A stretch of 64,000 bases of DNA from Thermodesulfobacteriota bacterium (GCA_963675595.2 CAXXLZ010000002.1:2240001-2304000), one strand, 5' to 3'. Counted from the stretch's first letter, positions 39,739-50,092 are shown. Notes: generated from the letters alone by a model not told the origin. Numbers and translations are program-made.

Positions 39739-39768
39739 TGTTAACCAGGGACGCCTTGCAGGTTAACG
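39739..39768. promoter_or_regulatory. BirA-type biotin operator
   Basis: TGTTAAC-N16-GTTAACG palindrome about 60 bp upstream of bioA, matching the established BirA pattern TGTtAAC-N14/16-GTTaACA. Confidence 0.75.
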
Positions 39769-39830
39769 AAACAACCCCGAGGGCAAGGAGACGAATCATC
39801 GTTCGCCCTCCGCCCAAGACAGGACATTTC

Positions 39831-41210
39831 ATGAGCGAAAGCATCCAATATCAGGGTTCCGATCTCGACCGATGTGACCTTGATCATCTCTGGCATCCCT
39901 TCACGCAAATGAAGGAATGGGAACACTTTCCCCGACTGTGCATCGCCGAAGCGCGAGGAAACCATCTGATCGATACACAAGGCAATGCCTACCTGGACGG
40001 GGTCTCCTCCTTGTGGGCCAACATCCACGGCCACGGCCGGGAAGAAATCAACAGCGCCATCCGGGATCAACTGGACCGCATGGCCCATTCCACATTGCTG
40101 GGCCTGTCCCATCCTTCGGCGGTGCTCCTGGCGGAGCGTCTTTGTCGCGTTGCGCCCTCCGGACTGACACGGGCTTTTTACTCGGAAAGCGGCTCCACCG
40201 CCGTAGAGATCGCACTGAAAATCGCTTATCAGTACTGGAAGAATTCCGGAGCGGGTCCGGAAGCCAAGAACACCTTTCTCCGTCTGAAAGAAGGATATCA
40301 CGGGGACACTTTGGGAGCGGTGAGCGTGGGAGGCATCGATCTGTTCCACTCCATCTATCGCCCCATGCTTTTCCCCACCATCGCGGCCCCTTCCCCGCAC
40401 TGCTACCGCTGCGAACAGGGCCTTTCGCCCGAATCCTGCGGCATGGAATGCGCCCAACGGGTGGAAGACATACTCAAGGAGCGTCACGAGGAAATCGCGG
40501 CCATGGTGATGGAACCCTGCGTCCAGGGCGCCGCCGGGATCCTGGTGGCTCCCGAAGGATATCTTCGCCGGGTGCGGGAGTCCTGCAGGAAATACGACGT
40601 ATTGTTCATCGCCGATGAAGTGGCCACGGGATTCGGAAGGACGGGCTCCTTGTTCGCCTGTCAGAGGGAAGGAGTTACCCCCGACCTTCTCACCCTGGGC
40701 AAAGGAATCACGGGAGGGTATCTCCCCCTGGCGGCCACCTTGGCCACGGAATCCGTCTTCAAAGCATTCTACGGCGACTACGAAGAGCTGAAAACCTTCT
40801 TCCACGGTCATACCTACACCGGGAACCCTCTCTCATGTTCGGCGGCATTGGCTTCTCTGTCCCTGTTCGAGCAGGATCGCGTCATCGAAACCCTCCCTCC
40901 GAAAATCGATGAACTCAGCCGGCACCTCGCGCGTCTTGCCGATCACCCCCATGTGGGTCAGGTGCGACAATGCGGCCTCATGGTGGGGATCGAACTCGTA
41001 GAGGACAAGGCATCCAAGGCGCCTTTCCCCGCTCCGGTCCGGTTGGGCCACAAGGTGGCGTTGGGGTGTCGAGATCACGGAGTCATCATCCGCAACCTGG
41101 GAGACGTCCTGGTGTTGATGCCGCCCTTGAGCATCCGTGCGGAAGAAATCACAACCTTGTTCAACGCGGTAGAGGCTTCGCTGGAAGAAAACTTGAGGAA
41201 GATACCTTGA
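39831..41210 (+). CDS. bioA: Adenosylmethionine--8-amino-7-oxononanoate aminotransferase
   Basis: LWHPFTQM, DGVSSLW, SGSTAVEIALK, YHGDT, IADEVATGFGRTG, GKGITGGYLP, HGHTYTGNP. Confidence 0.96.
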   Translation: MSESIQYQGSDLDRCDLDHLWHPFTQMKEWEHFPRLCIAEARGNHLIDTQGNAYLDGVSSLWANIHGHGREEINSAIRDQLDRMAHSTLLGLSHPSAVLLAERLCRVAPSGLTRAFYSESGSTAVEIALKIAYQYWKNSGAGPEAKNTFLRLKEGYHGDTLGAVSVGGIDLFHSIYRPMLFPTIAAPSPHCYRCEQGLSPESCGMECAQRVEDILKERHEEIAAMVMEPCVQGAAGILVAPEGYLRRVRESCRKYDVLFIADEVATGFGRTGSLFACQREGVTPDLLTLGKGITGGYLPLAATLATESVFKAFYGDYEELKTFFHGHTYTGNPLSCSAALASLSLFEQDRVIETLPPKIDELSRHLARLADHPHVGQVRQCGLMVGIELVEDKASKAPFPAPVRLGHKVALGCRDHGVIIRNLGDVLVLMPPLSIRAEEITTLFNAVEASLEENLRKIP

Positions 41211-42373
41211 GCACCTCTTGGGAAGCGCACTTTCAACAGACCATCCAATCCCTGAAGGCCCGGGACCTCTACAGATCCCTCCGTTTCGTCGATCCGGCCG
41301 GCGGAGGCGAATGCAGACTGGCGGACCGGACCATGCTTTCCTTCTGCTCCAACGATTATCTTGGGCTCGCCGCCGACCCGAGACTGTCGGCCGTATCCCG
41401 CGACACCGCGGAGAAATGGGGTTCCGGGTCCGGAGCGTCTCGACTCGTTTCAGGAAACCCCAGCCTGTACCGGGAATTGGAGCACGCTGTTTGTCGGTTC
41501 AAGGAAACCGAGGCGGCCCTTGTGTTCGCAACGGGATACGCGGCCAATACGGGCGTAATCCCCGCCTTGGCCGGTCCGGAGGACCTGGTACTGAGCGACG
41601 CTCTCAACCACGCAAGCATTGTGGACGGATGCAAGCTCAGCCGCGGCGAGCTGCGGATCTACCCCCACGGAGACGTCGCCTCCGTTGAGACCATCCTCAA
41701 AGAAAACGAGGGTCGGTTCCGCAGGACTCTGGTGGTCACCGACGGCGTATTCAGCATGGACGGAGACTTGGCGCCGCTTCCGGACCTGATCGAGGTCTGC
41801 CGACGCCGAAACGCCCTATTGATGGTGGACGACGCCCACGGCACAGGCGTCCTGGGCGATAACGGCAAGGGAACCGTTGAGCATTTCGGGGTGAAGTCCC
41901 CGACTCTGGTGCAGGTGGGAACCTTCAGCAAGGCGTTGGGAGGGCTGGGAGGATTCGTCTGTGGATCATCACTTCTGGTGGACTACCTCATCAACAAGGC
42001 CCGCACCCTCATCTACTCCACGGGGCTGCCCCCAGCGGTCCTGGCCGCCAATCGGGAAGCGTTGAATATCGCTTCCTCGGATGGACAACGGCGAGAGCAT
42101 CTCCTCCGGTTGGTGAACATGCTGCGGTCCGGCCTGAGAAAGATGGGCTACGAGGTGCCGCTGGACCCCACTCCCATCATTCCCCTTGTGGTGGGCGACT
42201 CCGCCGCCGCATTGGCCTTGAGCCGAAAGCTTTGGGACCAAGGCATCTACGTGCCGGCCATTCGCCCGCCCTCGGTTCCGGAAGGCGCGAGTCGACTGCG
42301 CATATCCCTGTCCGCCGCTCACCGAACGGAGCAGGTGGAACGTCTTTTGGCAGCTTTGGCCCATTATTCATGA
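41207..42373 (+). CDS. bioF: 8-amino-7-oxononanoate synthase
   Basis: TTG start overlapping the bioA stop; SNDYLGL, GASRLVSG, NHASIVDG, VFSMDGD, DDAHG, GTFSKALG, IRPPSVP. Confidence 0.95.
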   Translation: MSTSWEAHFQQTIQSLKARDLYRSLRFVDPAGGGECRLADRTMLSFCSNDYLGLAADPRLSAVSRDTAEKWGSGSGASRLVSGNPSLYRELEHAVCRFKETEAALVFATGYAANTGVIPALAGPEDLVLSDALNHASIVDGCKLSRGELRIYPHGDVASVETILKENEGRFRRTLVVTDGVFSMDGDLAPLPDLIEVCRRRNALLMVDDAHGTGVLGDNGKGTVEHFGVKSPTLVQVGTFSKALGGLGGFVCGSSLLVDYLINKARTLIYSTGLPPAVLAANREALNIASSDGQRREHLLRLVNMLRSGLRKMGYEVPLDPTPIIPLVVGDSAAALALSRKLWDQGIYVPAIRPPSVPEGASRLRISLSAAHRTEQVERLLAALAHYS

Positions 42374-42414
42374 AGGACGGCGGTGAGGCCTGTTTGAGGC
42401 GCTTTGGATGGGGT

Positions 42415-42447
42415 ACGGGGGAAGACCCCTCGAAAGTCTTCCCCCGT
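42415..42447. repeat. Perfect 12-bp inverted repeat (REP-like hairpin) between bioF and bioD
   Basis: ACGGGGGAAGAC-N9-GTCTTCCCCCGT. Confidence 0.7.
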
Positions 42448-42539
42448 GAATGCAACCATCTTTTTTTCTTCATTCGACGAAGGGCGGTCCCCCGTTTCTT
42501 GAGTGACGCCCTCGTTTTCATGGAAAGGGATTTCTCGCT

Positions 42540-43310
42540 TTGAGCGCTTTATCTCATGTTTTTTCACATCGAGGATTGTTCGTCACCGGAACGGATACCG
42601 GAGTCGGAAAAACCGTTGTATCCACTTTTCTTCTGGTCGGGCTGCGCGCCTCGGGAATTCGAGCGGGATATTTGAAGCCCGCCGCCACGGGGATCGACCC
42701 CTCCGACTCGATGGGTTTGCCCGAAGACCTGCAATTCGTTGCGGATCACACGCTTCTGGACTCTCCGGACCTGCGCTGCCCCTTGCAATTTCGAGCACCT
42801 CTGGCTCCCTGGATCGCCGGACGTCTGGAAGGCAAAGAAATCGATCCGGGCAGGATATTCGACGCTTGGAACCGACTGCGGGAGACGGATGAATTCTCCG
42901 TGGTGGAAGGAGCGGGGGGCGTGCTGGTTCCTCTCACCGAAAATTTTCTGATCATCGATCTTATGGGGCAAATGGGCCTGCCCGCTTTGGTGGTCTGCCG
43001 CCCGGCTTTGGGAACCATCAACCATACGCTGTTGACCCTGGAAGCGCTGGTCCGACGGAATATTCAGGTGGCGGGATTCGTCACAAGCGGCAGGGCGGAC
43101 CTTTCCGACCCGGCCGCCTCCACCAGCCCGGAGGCCATTGAAGCGTTTTCCGACGGAATTCCCTATCTGGGGCACGTCCCACCCCTGGACTCGGCGTCCC
43201 TCGACCCGAAAAGTCCGCATTTCCCATGGGAGACTTTCCATCGGATCACGTCCGAATTATCCATGAGCCTGACGTCCGTTCAAAGCGAAGAGAACGAGCA
43301 AGGGTCTTAG
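42540..43310 (+). CDS. bioD: Dethiobiotin synthase
   Basis: FVTGTDTGVGKT, KPAATG, VEGAGG, LGTINHTLL. Confidence 0.95.
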   Translation: MSALSHVFSHRGLFVTGTDTGVGKTVVSTFLLVGLRASGIRAGYLKPAATGIDPSDSMGLPEDLQFVADHTLLDSPDLRCPLQFRAPLAPWIAGRLEGKEIDPGRIFDAWNRLRETDEFSVVEGAGGVLVPLTENFLIIDLMGQMGLPALVVCRPALGTINHTLLTLEALVRRNIQVAGFVTSGRADLSDPAASTSPEAIEAFSDGIPYLGHVPPLDSASLDPKSPHFPWETFHRITSELSMSLTSVQSEENEQGS

Positions 43311-43349
43311 CAGCCTGCGGCAACCGGCCTTTTTCAGCGGGCTGTATAG
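43309..43349. mobile_element. Isolated right end of the MITE family (41 bp)
   Basis: 37/41 identity to 1408-1448. Confidence 0.75.
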
Positions 43350-43398
43350 GGACTCCGAAGAGATTGAAACAAGGGCTGCATGGCCCCGCAACTTCGGA

Positions 43399-43512
43399 TC
43401 AAAGGGCGTACCCCTTTAAGCGCTTGGATTCTCGTCCGAAAGGAATGCCGAGCTTGTCCATGCGGCTGCGAAGCGTGCTGGGATGGATGCCGAGTACCAC
43501 AGCCGCCCCGTT
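43399..43512 (-). pseudogene. C-terminal Fis-type HTH remnant of a sigma54-dependent activator
   Basis: Manual translation NGAAVVLGIHPSTLRSRMDKLGIPFGRESKRLKGYAL*. Confidence 0.7.
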
Positions 43513-44754
43513 TACCGGATATGTACACGATGTATTTGTGGAAAATCACGAAACCGTATCCATAGGGCAACCCATTATCTCTCTGGTCGATCTTTCCACC
43601 ATGGAAGTCGAATTGGGGCTCCCGGAAAATCTGTTGGGCCGGGTTTCCGCATTCAGGACATACATGGACCACCTTCGGATTACAAGGTGGAGGCACGTTT
43701 CTCAGGGCCCGACCCTATGGTGTTGCGCAAGCCGGCGGAAAGTACCAAGCAAATCATGAGGGCGGAACCCTCTGCAAGATACGTTCTGGATGACTGGCGT
43801 CAGCGCGTGGCTGTGTGGAAACCCGTGTATTCCCAACAACGGGCAAGGAACGTCGGAGTGGAAAGGAAGGACGTGGCCTTTTCCATTCTGGGGGCAACCG
43901 ACGGTGCGCCCGTAGCAACCTTTCGGCAAGGGGATGAATTGATTCCCGTGCTCATCCGATCCTCGGCAGCGGACGGTTCCAGGGTGCCGTCGCAAGAAGC
44001 CACCCCGGTCCGGGGTTCGGGCCCGACCGCCGTGCCCTTGGGTCAGGTCACCAATTATTCGGGACTTTCCTGGGAAGACCCCATTGTCCGGCGCCATGAT
44101 CGTCGCCGGGCCGTCACCGTGCAATGCGATACCTCGGACGTGACCTCCAATACCTTGCTCGATCGATTACGGCCCCGGATCGAGGCGATCCCCTTGCCCA
44201 CGGGTTACACACTGGATTGGGCCGACGACTATGGGCTTTCGGTCGAGGGAAACGCGGGGGTTCGGAAATTCCTGCCCACGACGCTCTTCATGATGTTTTT
44301 CATCCTGGTGGTGATGTTCAACGGCTTTCGCCAACCCCTCATTATCGCGCTGGTGGTGCCCCTGGCCCTCATCGGCATGGTGGTCGGACTCCTTGTGACG
44401 GACCTGCCTTTCGGTTTCCTTGCGCTTCTGGGGGCATACAGCCTCTTTGGAATGCTCATCAAAAACGCGGTGGTATTGCTGGATCAGATCGAGTTCATTA
44501 TCAACAGCGGCAAAGCTCCCTATGAAGCGGTGGTGGAATCTTCCGTGAGTCGCCTGCGGCCGGTGGCCATGGCCTCGGCCACCACTATTTTCGGCATGGC
44601 CCCTCTGTTGACGGACGCCATGTTCGCATCCATGGCCGTGACCATCATGTTCGGTCTAGCCTTTGCCACGGTATTGACGCTGGTGGTGGTGCCGGTCTTG
44701 TAGACTTTGTTCTTCCGGATACAAACCCGGCGCGTCGGATTGGAAATAATATAG
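43505..44754 (+). pseudogene. RND efflux remnant: membrane-fusion-protein fragment joined to the C-terminal third of an AcrB-family permease
   Basis: APFTGYVHDVFVENHETVSIGQPIISLVD (MFP); then, in another frame, ARFSGPDP...IVRRHDRRRAVTV...GMLIKNAVVLLD...RLRPVAM...VVPVL*TLFFRI (premature TAG at 44701). Confidence 0.85.
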
Positions 44755-44982
44755 GAGCTGAGGCGGCATGTCTTTCGAGCAAATAAGACGGTAGCTGAAA
44801 ATCATTCCGGTCGGGCTTTTCGTGCTTCTCGGGGGAGCGCCATGCATCGCCCCGGAACCCCGAGCCGGAGGCGAGGGTAGGAAACCTCCGCCGTCCTTTT
44901 GACATGATCGATCGACGGTTTCCACTTCTTGTGCATCCCCGCGAGCGCTGCTCGAAGGCCGACGGGGACGCGAAAAATCGTC

Positions 44983-46344
44983 TCACCCGCCGAGTACTCT
45001 TCCCCAAACCCCACCCCGGCTCACATCGAGAATACGCACGGGAACCAATTCGTTGAGCAACGAATCCCGCCCGTCGATCTCGACGTAAACGTATTCATCC
45101 GTATATCCCGCGAGTCTCATCTCCGGTCCGTTCCTTCGTTCCTCCACCAGTAGGCGCGACTCCTTACCCAGCCAGGAGCGGTGGAAGGCGGCCCGTTTTT
45201 CGTGACCCAGACGCCGGAGAACGGCGCTTCGTTCTTTCTTCTCCCTGGGCGGGACTTGGTGAGGCATGTTCGCTGCGGGTGTCCCTTCGCGTTTGGAATA
45301 GGAAAAAACGTGAAGATAGGAAATCGGGAGCCCACGTATGAAATTCACCGTATTCTCGAATCTTGCATCGGTTTCACCCGGAAATCCCACGATGACGTCG
45401 GCGCCCACCGCAGCTCCCGGCATGGCTTTCTTGATTTTGCGAACGACCCGTTCATATGCTGCGGGGCCGTAATGGCGATTCATTTTTCGGAGAATTTCCG
45501 GATCCCCGCTCTGCAGAGGAACATGGAAATGCCCCACCAGATTTCGGCGCTGGGAAACCAGTTCTATAAGGCCATCGGTGACTTCCAGGGGCTCGACGGA
45601 ACTGAGCCGGATTCTCGGCCCATCGCCCGGCCGGGTTTGCAATTCCAGCAGGTCCGCTAAATCAAGGGGCGGATCCAAGTCTTTTCCGTATCTACCCAAG
45701 TGAATTCCCGTCAGGACGACTTCCCGGACCCCTTGAGCGGCGAGCCCTTCGATTCCCCGAATCACCGTTTCCGGAGGAAGGCTCCTAGACGGTCCCCGCG
45801 TCTTCGGCACCACGCAATAGGAACAGAAGGCTTGGCAACCGTCCTGGATTCTCAGGAACGCCCGAGTGCGGCTCGAAGGAGGCAAAGAACACAAATCCGC
45901 CGGCGGAAGTCCGGAATAAATTCCGCCCACGTGCGTCGAAGGCTCCGTCGATGTTTCCAGGTCTTTCACCCACTCGTGGATTTGGAGTTTTTCCGTATTC
46001 CCGAGCACAAGGGCGACCCCCGGCAGCTCGGCGATTTCGCCTGGAAGGAGTTCCGCGTAGCAGCCCGCCACCACGATCTGTGCTTTCGGGGAGGTCCTGG
46101 CCAAGCGCTTGACGGCGCGCCGAGATTCGGCTTCCGCCTTTCCGGTAACCACGCAGGTATTCACAACGGCCAAGTCCGTCGGTTCTTCAGGAAATCCCAC
46201 GGACACCTGATACCCGCATTCCTCCAATCGACGAATCAGATGGGCGGACTCGTTCTGGTTGACTTTGCATCCCAGGGTAATTACACAGGCTTTGTTTTTC
46301 GGTATGGTCATATGCAATGCGTCGCCGTGACCGACTTCGTCCAA
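44983..46344 (-). CDS. mtaB: tRNA t6A37 methylthiotransferase (start may be 46311)
   Basis: TLGCKVNQ, NTCVVT, AGCYA, RAFLRIQDGCQAFCSYC, LTGIHLGRYG, RLSSVEP, HVFSYSKREGT. Confidence 0.93.
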   Translation of the reverse strand: MDEVGHGDALHMTIPKNKACVITLGCKVNQNESAHLIRRLEECGYQVSVGFPEEPTDLAVVNTCVVTGKAEAESRRAVKRLARTSPKAQIVVAGCYAELLPGEIAELPGVALVLGNTEKLQIHEWVKDLETSTEPSTHVGGIYSGLPPADLCSLPPSSRTRAFLRIQDGCQAFCSYCVVPKTRGPSRSLPPETVIRGIEGLAAQGVREVVLTGIHLGRYGKDLDPPLDLADLLELQTRPGDGPRIRLSSVEPLEVTDGLIELVSQRRNLVGHFHVPLQSGDPEILRKMNRHYGPAAYERVVRKIKKAMPGAAVGADVIVGFPGETDARFENTVNFIRGLPISYLHVFSYSKREGTPAANMPHQVPPREKKERSAVLRRLGHEKRAAFHRSWLGKESRLLVEERRNGPEMRLAGYTDEYVYVEIDGRDSLLNELVPVRILDVSRGGVWGRVLGG

Positions 46345-46410
46345 GGCTCTTTCCCCTGCCCACGGTGAAAACGCCTCCCGTTCACTCGGCCAAACGTCCT
46401 TCTCGGTTGT

Positions 46411-47538
46411 CTATTCTTGCTCTCGCGGGCGGACAATGAAGCCTCCCCCAAGCACCTCGTCGCCCAGATGAAACACCGCGGACTGCCCCGGAGTCGCGGC
46501 CCGTTGAGGCTGCTCGAACACCACCCGCACTTTCCCGCTTCTCCCACACGGGACGATCTCGGCCGGCGCCGCACGGTGACGGTATCTGATTTTGACTTCG
46601 CAGCGTACGCGCTCACCGACGAACTCGGATCGAATCCAGTGAATGTCGTTTACCAAGGCCTCGGCAGTTGAGAGTTCCTCGTTTCTTCCCAACACCACAC
46701 GATTGCTCTCGAAATCGATGGACAACACGTAGTAGGGTTCCGTCGATGGAATGCCCAAACCTCGCCGTTGGCCCACGGTATAGTGATGGATTCCGCGATG
46801 CCTGCCTATGACCGAGCCGTCCCGCAAGACAAAATCTCCCGGCGGGGGCAATACCCTTCCGAACTCCTCGATCAAACGACGGTAGTCGCCACCGCCGGCA
46901 AAGCAGAACTCGACACTCTCGTTCCGGACCAGGGACCGCAATCCCCATTTCTCGGCCAACGCCCGCACTTGGGCCTTGGTGTAGTCTCCTAAGGGAAACA
47001 GGCAGGCGGAAAGCTGCTCTCGTGATAAACGGTGCAGGAAGTAAGACTGATCCTTGCCGGAGTCAACACCTTTGAATAAACGAGGTCCTTCGGAATCCGA
47101 TCCTTCCTCTACGCGGGCATAGTGGCCTGAGGCAATCCGATCGATCCCTTCCGATGACACCCATTGGAGTAGTTTGCCGAACTTGACGAGCGGATTGCAT
47201 ACCACACAGGGATTGGGAGTGAGCCCTTTAAGATATTCCCGAACGAAGTAGGACAGAACCTCCGATCGGAAAAGAGAGCGATAATCCAGCACGGTGAGGG
47301 GTAGATCAAGCGCCTCGGCCAACCGTACGACACTCGAAACATCCGAGTCCCGCCCGTGGTCCCCCGTCTCTCCCATGAGCAAATGGACGGCACGAATCTC
47401 GTAGCCCGCCTGCTTGAGCAGGACGGCGGCCACGGCGCTGTCGACACCGCCGCTGAGCGCCACGGCGACGGATTCACTCCGTGGAAAACGGCACCCAACT
47501 CGGTGGCGTCGCGTCGGTTGCGAAGAATGAAGAATCAT
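46411..47538 (-). CDS. mnmA: tRNA-specific 2-thiouridylase
   Basis: SGGVDS, TPNPCVVCN, GHYAR, KDQSYFL, YTVGQRRGLG, TPGQ. Confidence 0.95.
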   Translation of the reverse strand: MILHSSQPTRRHRVGCRFPRSESVAVALSGGVDSAVAAVLLKQAGYEIRAVHLLMGETGDHGRDSDVSSVVRLAEALDLPLTVLDYRSLFRSEVLSYFVREYLKGLTPNPCVVCNPLVKFGKLLQWVSSEGIDRIASGHYARVEEGSDSEGPRLFKGVDSGKDQSYFLHRLSREQLSACLFPLGDYTKAQVRALAEKWGLRSLVRNESVEFCFAGGGDYRRLIEEFGRVLPPPGDFVLRDGSVIGRHRGIHHYTVGQRRGLGIPSTEPYYVLSIDFESNRVVLGRNEELSTAEALVNDIHWIRSEFVGERVRCEVKIRYRHRAAPAEIVPCGRSGKVRVVFEQPQRAATPGQSAVFHLGDEVLGGGFIVRPREQE

Positions 47539-47653
47539 GGGTTCGTCTGCCGGAGGAATGAAATACCGGAGGGTAACAAGAAAAGCAGCAGAACCGCCCT
47601 GGAGCGGGAAGTCTCAACGCCGCGGCGACTCCCCCGTAAATGGGGAGTAGGCG

Positions 47654-48601
47654 CTATTTTCGGGCTTCCTTGAGTACCACCGAATATCCCAGCCGCTTGA
47701 GTTTGGTCGATACTCTGCTCGCCTCCGCTCGACCGCCGTAGGGCCCCACCCAGGCGAAGTGAAGCCTTCCGGAAATCGTCGAGTCGGTGTTCACATCGGC
47801 CGGGAAACCCTGTTTCTTGAGGGTGTCAACCATGCCCACGGCGTTGTCCTTCACTCGAAAAGCACCCACTTGAACATACCAGGAAGGTGTCGGGGCGGGT
47901 TCCGTCCGCACTTCGGCCGCCGGTGGAGGGGATTCGGGCACCTTGGCTGTTCTCACCTCCTGCTTGGCTTCCGCGGGTTCGGCAACGGTTTCAACGGTCT
48001 TTTCGGATGACTTCTTTTCGGACTCTTCTGAAACCGTCACGTCGCCTTTCTCGTTAACCGGTTCTTCTTGGGAAGGCGACGACTTGACTTCATTCGAGCT
48101 CGCCGAAACCGTTTCCGGCCGGGATGGAGCCAAGGCGTCCATCCTTTCCGAAGTCAGGGATTCGGTACCCGTCGACTCCGCCTCGGCCGGGCCGGACTCT
48201 TCGCCGGCCGTTTCGCGATCGCTGTTCCCGTCGATTCGAACATAGGTGGACGAAGGGGACTGTTTGACCTGTCCGAACAGGTCTCGTTCCGAAGTAAGCG
48301 GTCTTTCGGGTTCACTTGGGGCGGTGTTTTCCTCGCCTTGCATCACCGCCGTTTGAGACGGTTCGACGCGTTCGCTTTGCATGTTTCCGGACCCAAAGGG
48401 ATTCAGCAGATAGACGACCGCCGCGATAACGAGAATCACCAGAACCGCCAGACCGATAATCCACTTGTAAAGGTGGGCGCGAATATCCGATCCGAGCCCG
48501 GGGGCCGGTTCATCGTCGTACTCTTCGAACTCGTCTTCCAACTCTTCGCCGTCGAACGTAAGCCTGCCGTCCGACAAGTCGTCCTTATCTTCCATGCTCA
48601 T
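47654..48601 (-). CDS. SPOR-domain membrane protein (DedD/FtsN-like)
   Basis: Acidic N-terminus, single TM helix, low-complexity linker, WYVQVGAF...VGPY SPOR domain. Confidence 0.88.
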   Translation of the reverse strand: MSMEDKDDLSDGRLTFDGEELEDEFEEYDDEPAPGLGSDIRAHLYKWIIGLAVLVILVIAAVVYLLNPFGSGNMQSERVEPSQTAVMQGEENTAPSEPERPLTSERDLFGQVKQSPSSTYVRIDGNSDRETAGEESGPAEAESTGTESLTSERMDALAPSRPETVSASSNEVKSSPSQEEPVNEKGDVTVSEESEKKSSEKTVETVAEPAEAKQEVRTAKVPESPPPAAEVRTEPAPTPSWYVQVGAFRVKDNAVGMVDTLKKQGFPADVNTDSTISGRLHFAWVGPYGGRAEASRVSTKLKRLGYSVVLKEARK

Positions 48602-48716
48602 ATCTTCTGCCGTCCATTCAATTGGGTTCGACGCCGTGCTTTGATTTCCCGCCGACCCTCATGCCCGGCACGCCCGGGATTGACGCTTCCCCCGGTGCGA
48701 CCGGTTGTGCCCGAAA

Positions 48717-49898
48717 TCAGCCGACCGCTTCCATGGCTCTTTTGAAGCCGGGGCCCGCTCCTTCGATGGTTCGATCGTCCACGCAGTACGCCAAGCGAAA
48801 ATATCCCGGTCCCCCGAATCCTCGACCGGGAACCGCAAGGATGTTCTCCTTCTGCAATTCCCTGACAAAGGCCACTTCATCTTCAAGAGGAGACTTGGGG
48901 AAAAGGTAGAATGCACCCTCGGGTTTATGGAACTTGTAACCGGCGTCTTCCAGAACTGCGGACAATAGATCCCGCTTCCTCTGATAAACGCCCACGTCCA
49001 CGCTAAAGCCCTGAAGGCGCCCGACGACCCGTTGCATCAGCGCGGGTGCGTTGACGAATCCAAGAATGCGGTTGGCCAGCACCGCACTGTCCATCAGGTC
49101 CTTTCCCTCGCCGGCTTCCGGGTGAACCGCCAGGAATCCGATCCGCTCTCCGGGAAGAGACAGGTCTTTGCTGTAGGAGGTCACCACCATACTGCTCTTG
49201 TAGGACTGAAAGGGACTGGGAACTTCCAGGCCGTCGTAGACGATTTTGCGGTAGGGCTCATCGGAAATCAAATAAATGGTCCGTCCGGCTTCCGCGCTCT
49301 TGGCTTCGAGCAAACGGCCTAAGGCGTCGAGCTCGGATTTTGCGTACACCTTGCCGGTGGGATTGTTGGGAGAATTGATCAGGACGGCCGCCGTCTTGGG
49401 AGTGACGGCTTTTTCCAGGGCATCCAGGTCCATGGAGAAATCGTCCAGAGTCGGAACTGTGACGGCCTGAGCTCCGTGGTTATCCGCATAAAAAGTGTAC
49501 TCAACGAAATACGGTCGAAACGTAAGGATTTCATCACCCGGATTCACCAGGGCTTTAATGGCTACGTTCAACGCGCCGGCGGCGCCGCAAGTCATGATCA
49601 CATTTTCCGGTCCGAAACTCACCCCGTGGGTTTGCTTTAAATGTTCGGCCACGGCCGAGCGTGTCTCCACATAGCCCGCGTTGGGCATGTACCCGTGGCT
49701 GCCGGTTTGCGGCCGGTCGACGACTTCCCGAATGGCCTGGTCGAACACGGGCGGAGGCTCCATGTTGGGATTCCCCAAACTGAAATCGAACACATTCTCC
49801 GCACCATACTGAGCCTTCATTTTCGCCCCTTCTTCGAACATCTTTCGAATCCAGGACGACTGCTCCAGGAACTGCTTCATCTTGCGCGCGACCGCCAT
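48717..49898 (-). CDS. Class I/II PLP-dependent (aspartate-type) aminotransferase
   Basis: FSLGNP, GYMPNAG, NSPNNPTG, SDEPY, SYSKDLSLPGERIG. Confidence 0.93.
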   Translation of the reverse strand: MAVARKMKQFLEQSSWIRKMFEEGAKMKAQYGAENVFDFSLGNPNMEPPPVFDQAIREVVDRPQTGSHGYMPNAGYVETRSAVAEHLKQTHGVSFGPENVIMTCGAAGALNVAIKALVNPGDEILTFRPYFVEYTFYADNHGAQAVTVPTLDDFSMDLDALEKAVTPKTAAVLINSPNNPTGKVYAKSELDALGRLLEAKSAEAGRTIYLISDEPYRKIVYDGLEVPSPFQSYKSSMVVTSYSKDLSLPGERIGFLAVHPEAGEGKDLMDSAVLANRILGFVNAPALMQRVVGRLQGFSVDVGVYQRKRDLLSAVLEDAGYKFHKPEGAFYLFPKSPLEDEVAFVRELQKENILAVPGRGFGGPGYFRLAYCVDDRTIEGAGPGFKRAMEAVG

Positions 49899-50062
49899 TC
49901 CATCTCCTCCGCAATCACAATCCGGTAACCCGACCGGCTCGTCTTCGAGCCGAGCCTTCTCCGTAAGCCCTACCGCTGCACCGTTTTCTCACCTTCAGCC
50001 AAGGACGATTCGAGCTGTAACCTAACACAAAGCTCTTTTGTGACGCAAGTAAACCACAATTG

Positions 50063-50092
50063 TTGATAAACACCTCTCCCTTGGAATAGAAT
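50063..50092 (+). promoter_or_regulatory. Candidate sigma70 promoter for the helicase
   Basis: TTGATA-N18-TAGAAT in the divergent intergenic region. Confidence 0.4.

Noticed and set aside
44701-44703. In-frame TAG as pyrrolysine or programmed read-through
   Set aside because: It replaces a conserved Tyr codon in a gene already destroyed by deletions; a point mutation is simpler.
44817-44976. Possible third MITE with TTTTCG...CGAAAA ends
   Set aside because: The IRs are short and imperfect, with no TSD or second copy; the hairpin may just be a convergent terminator.
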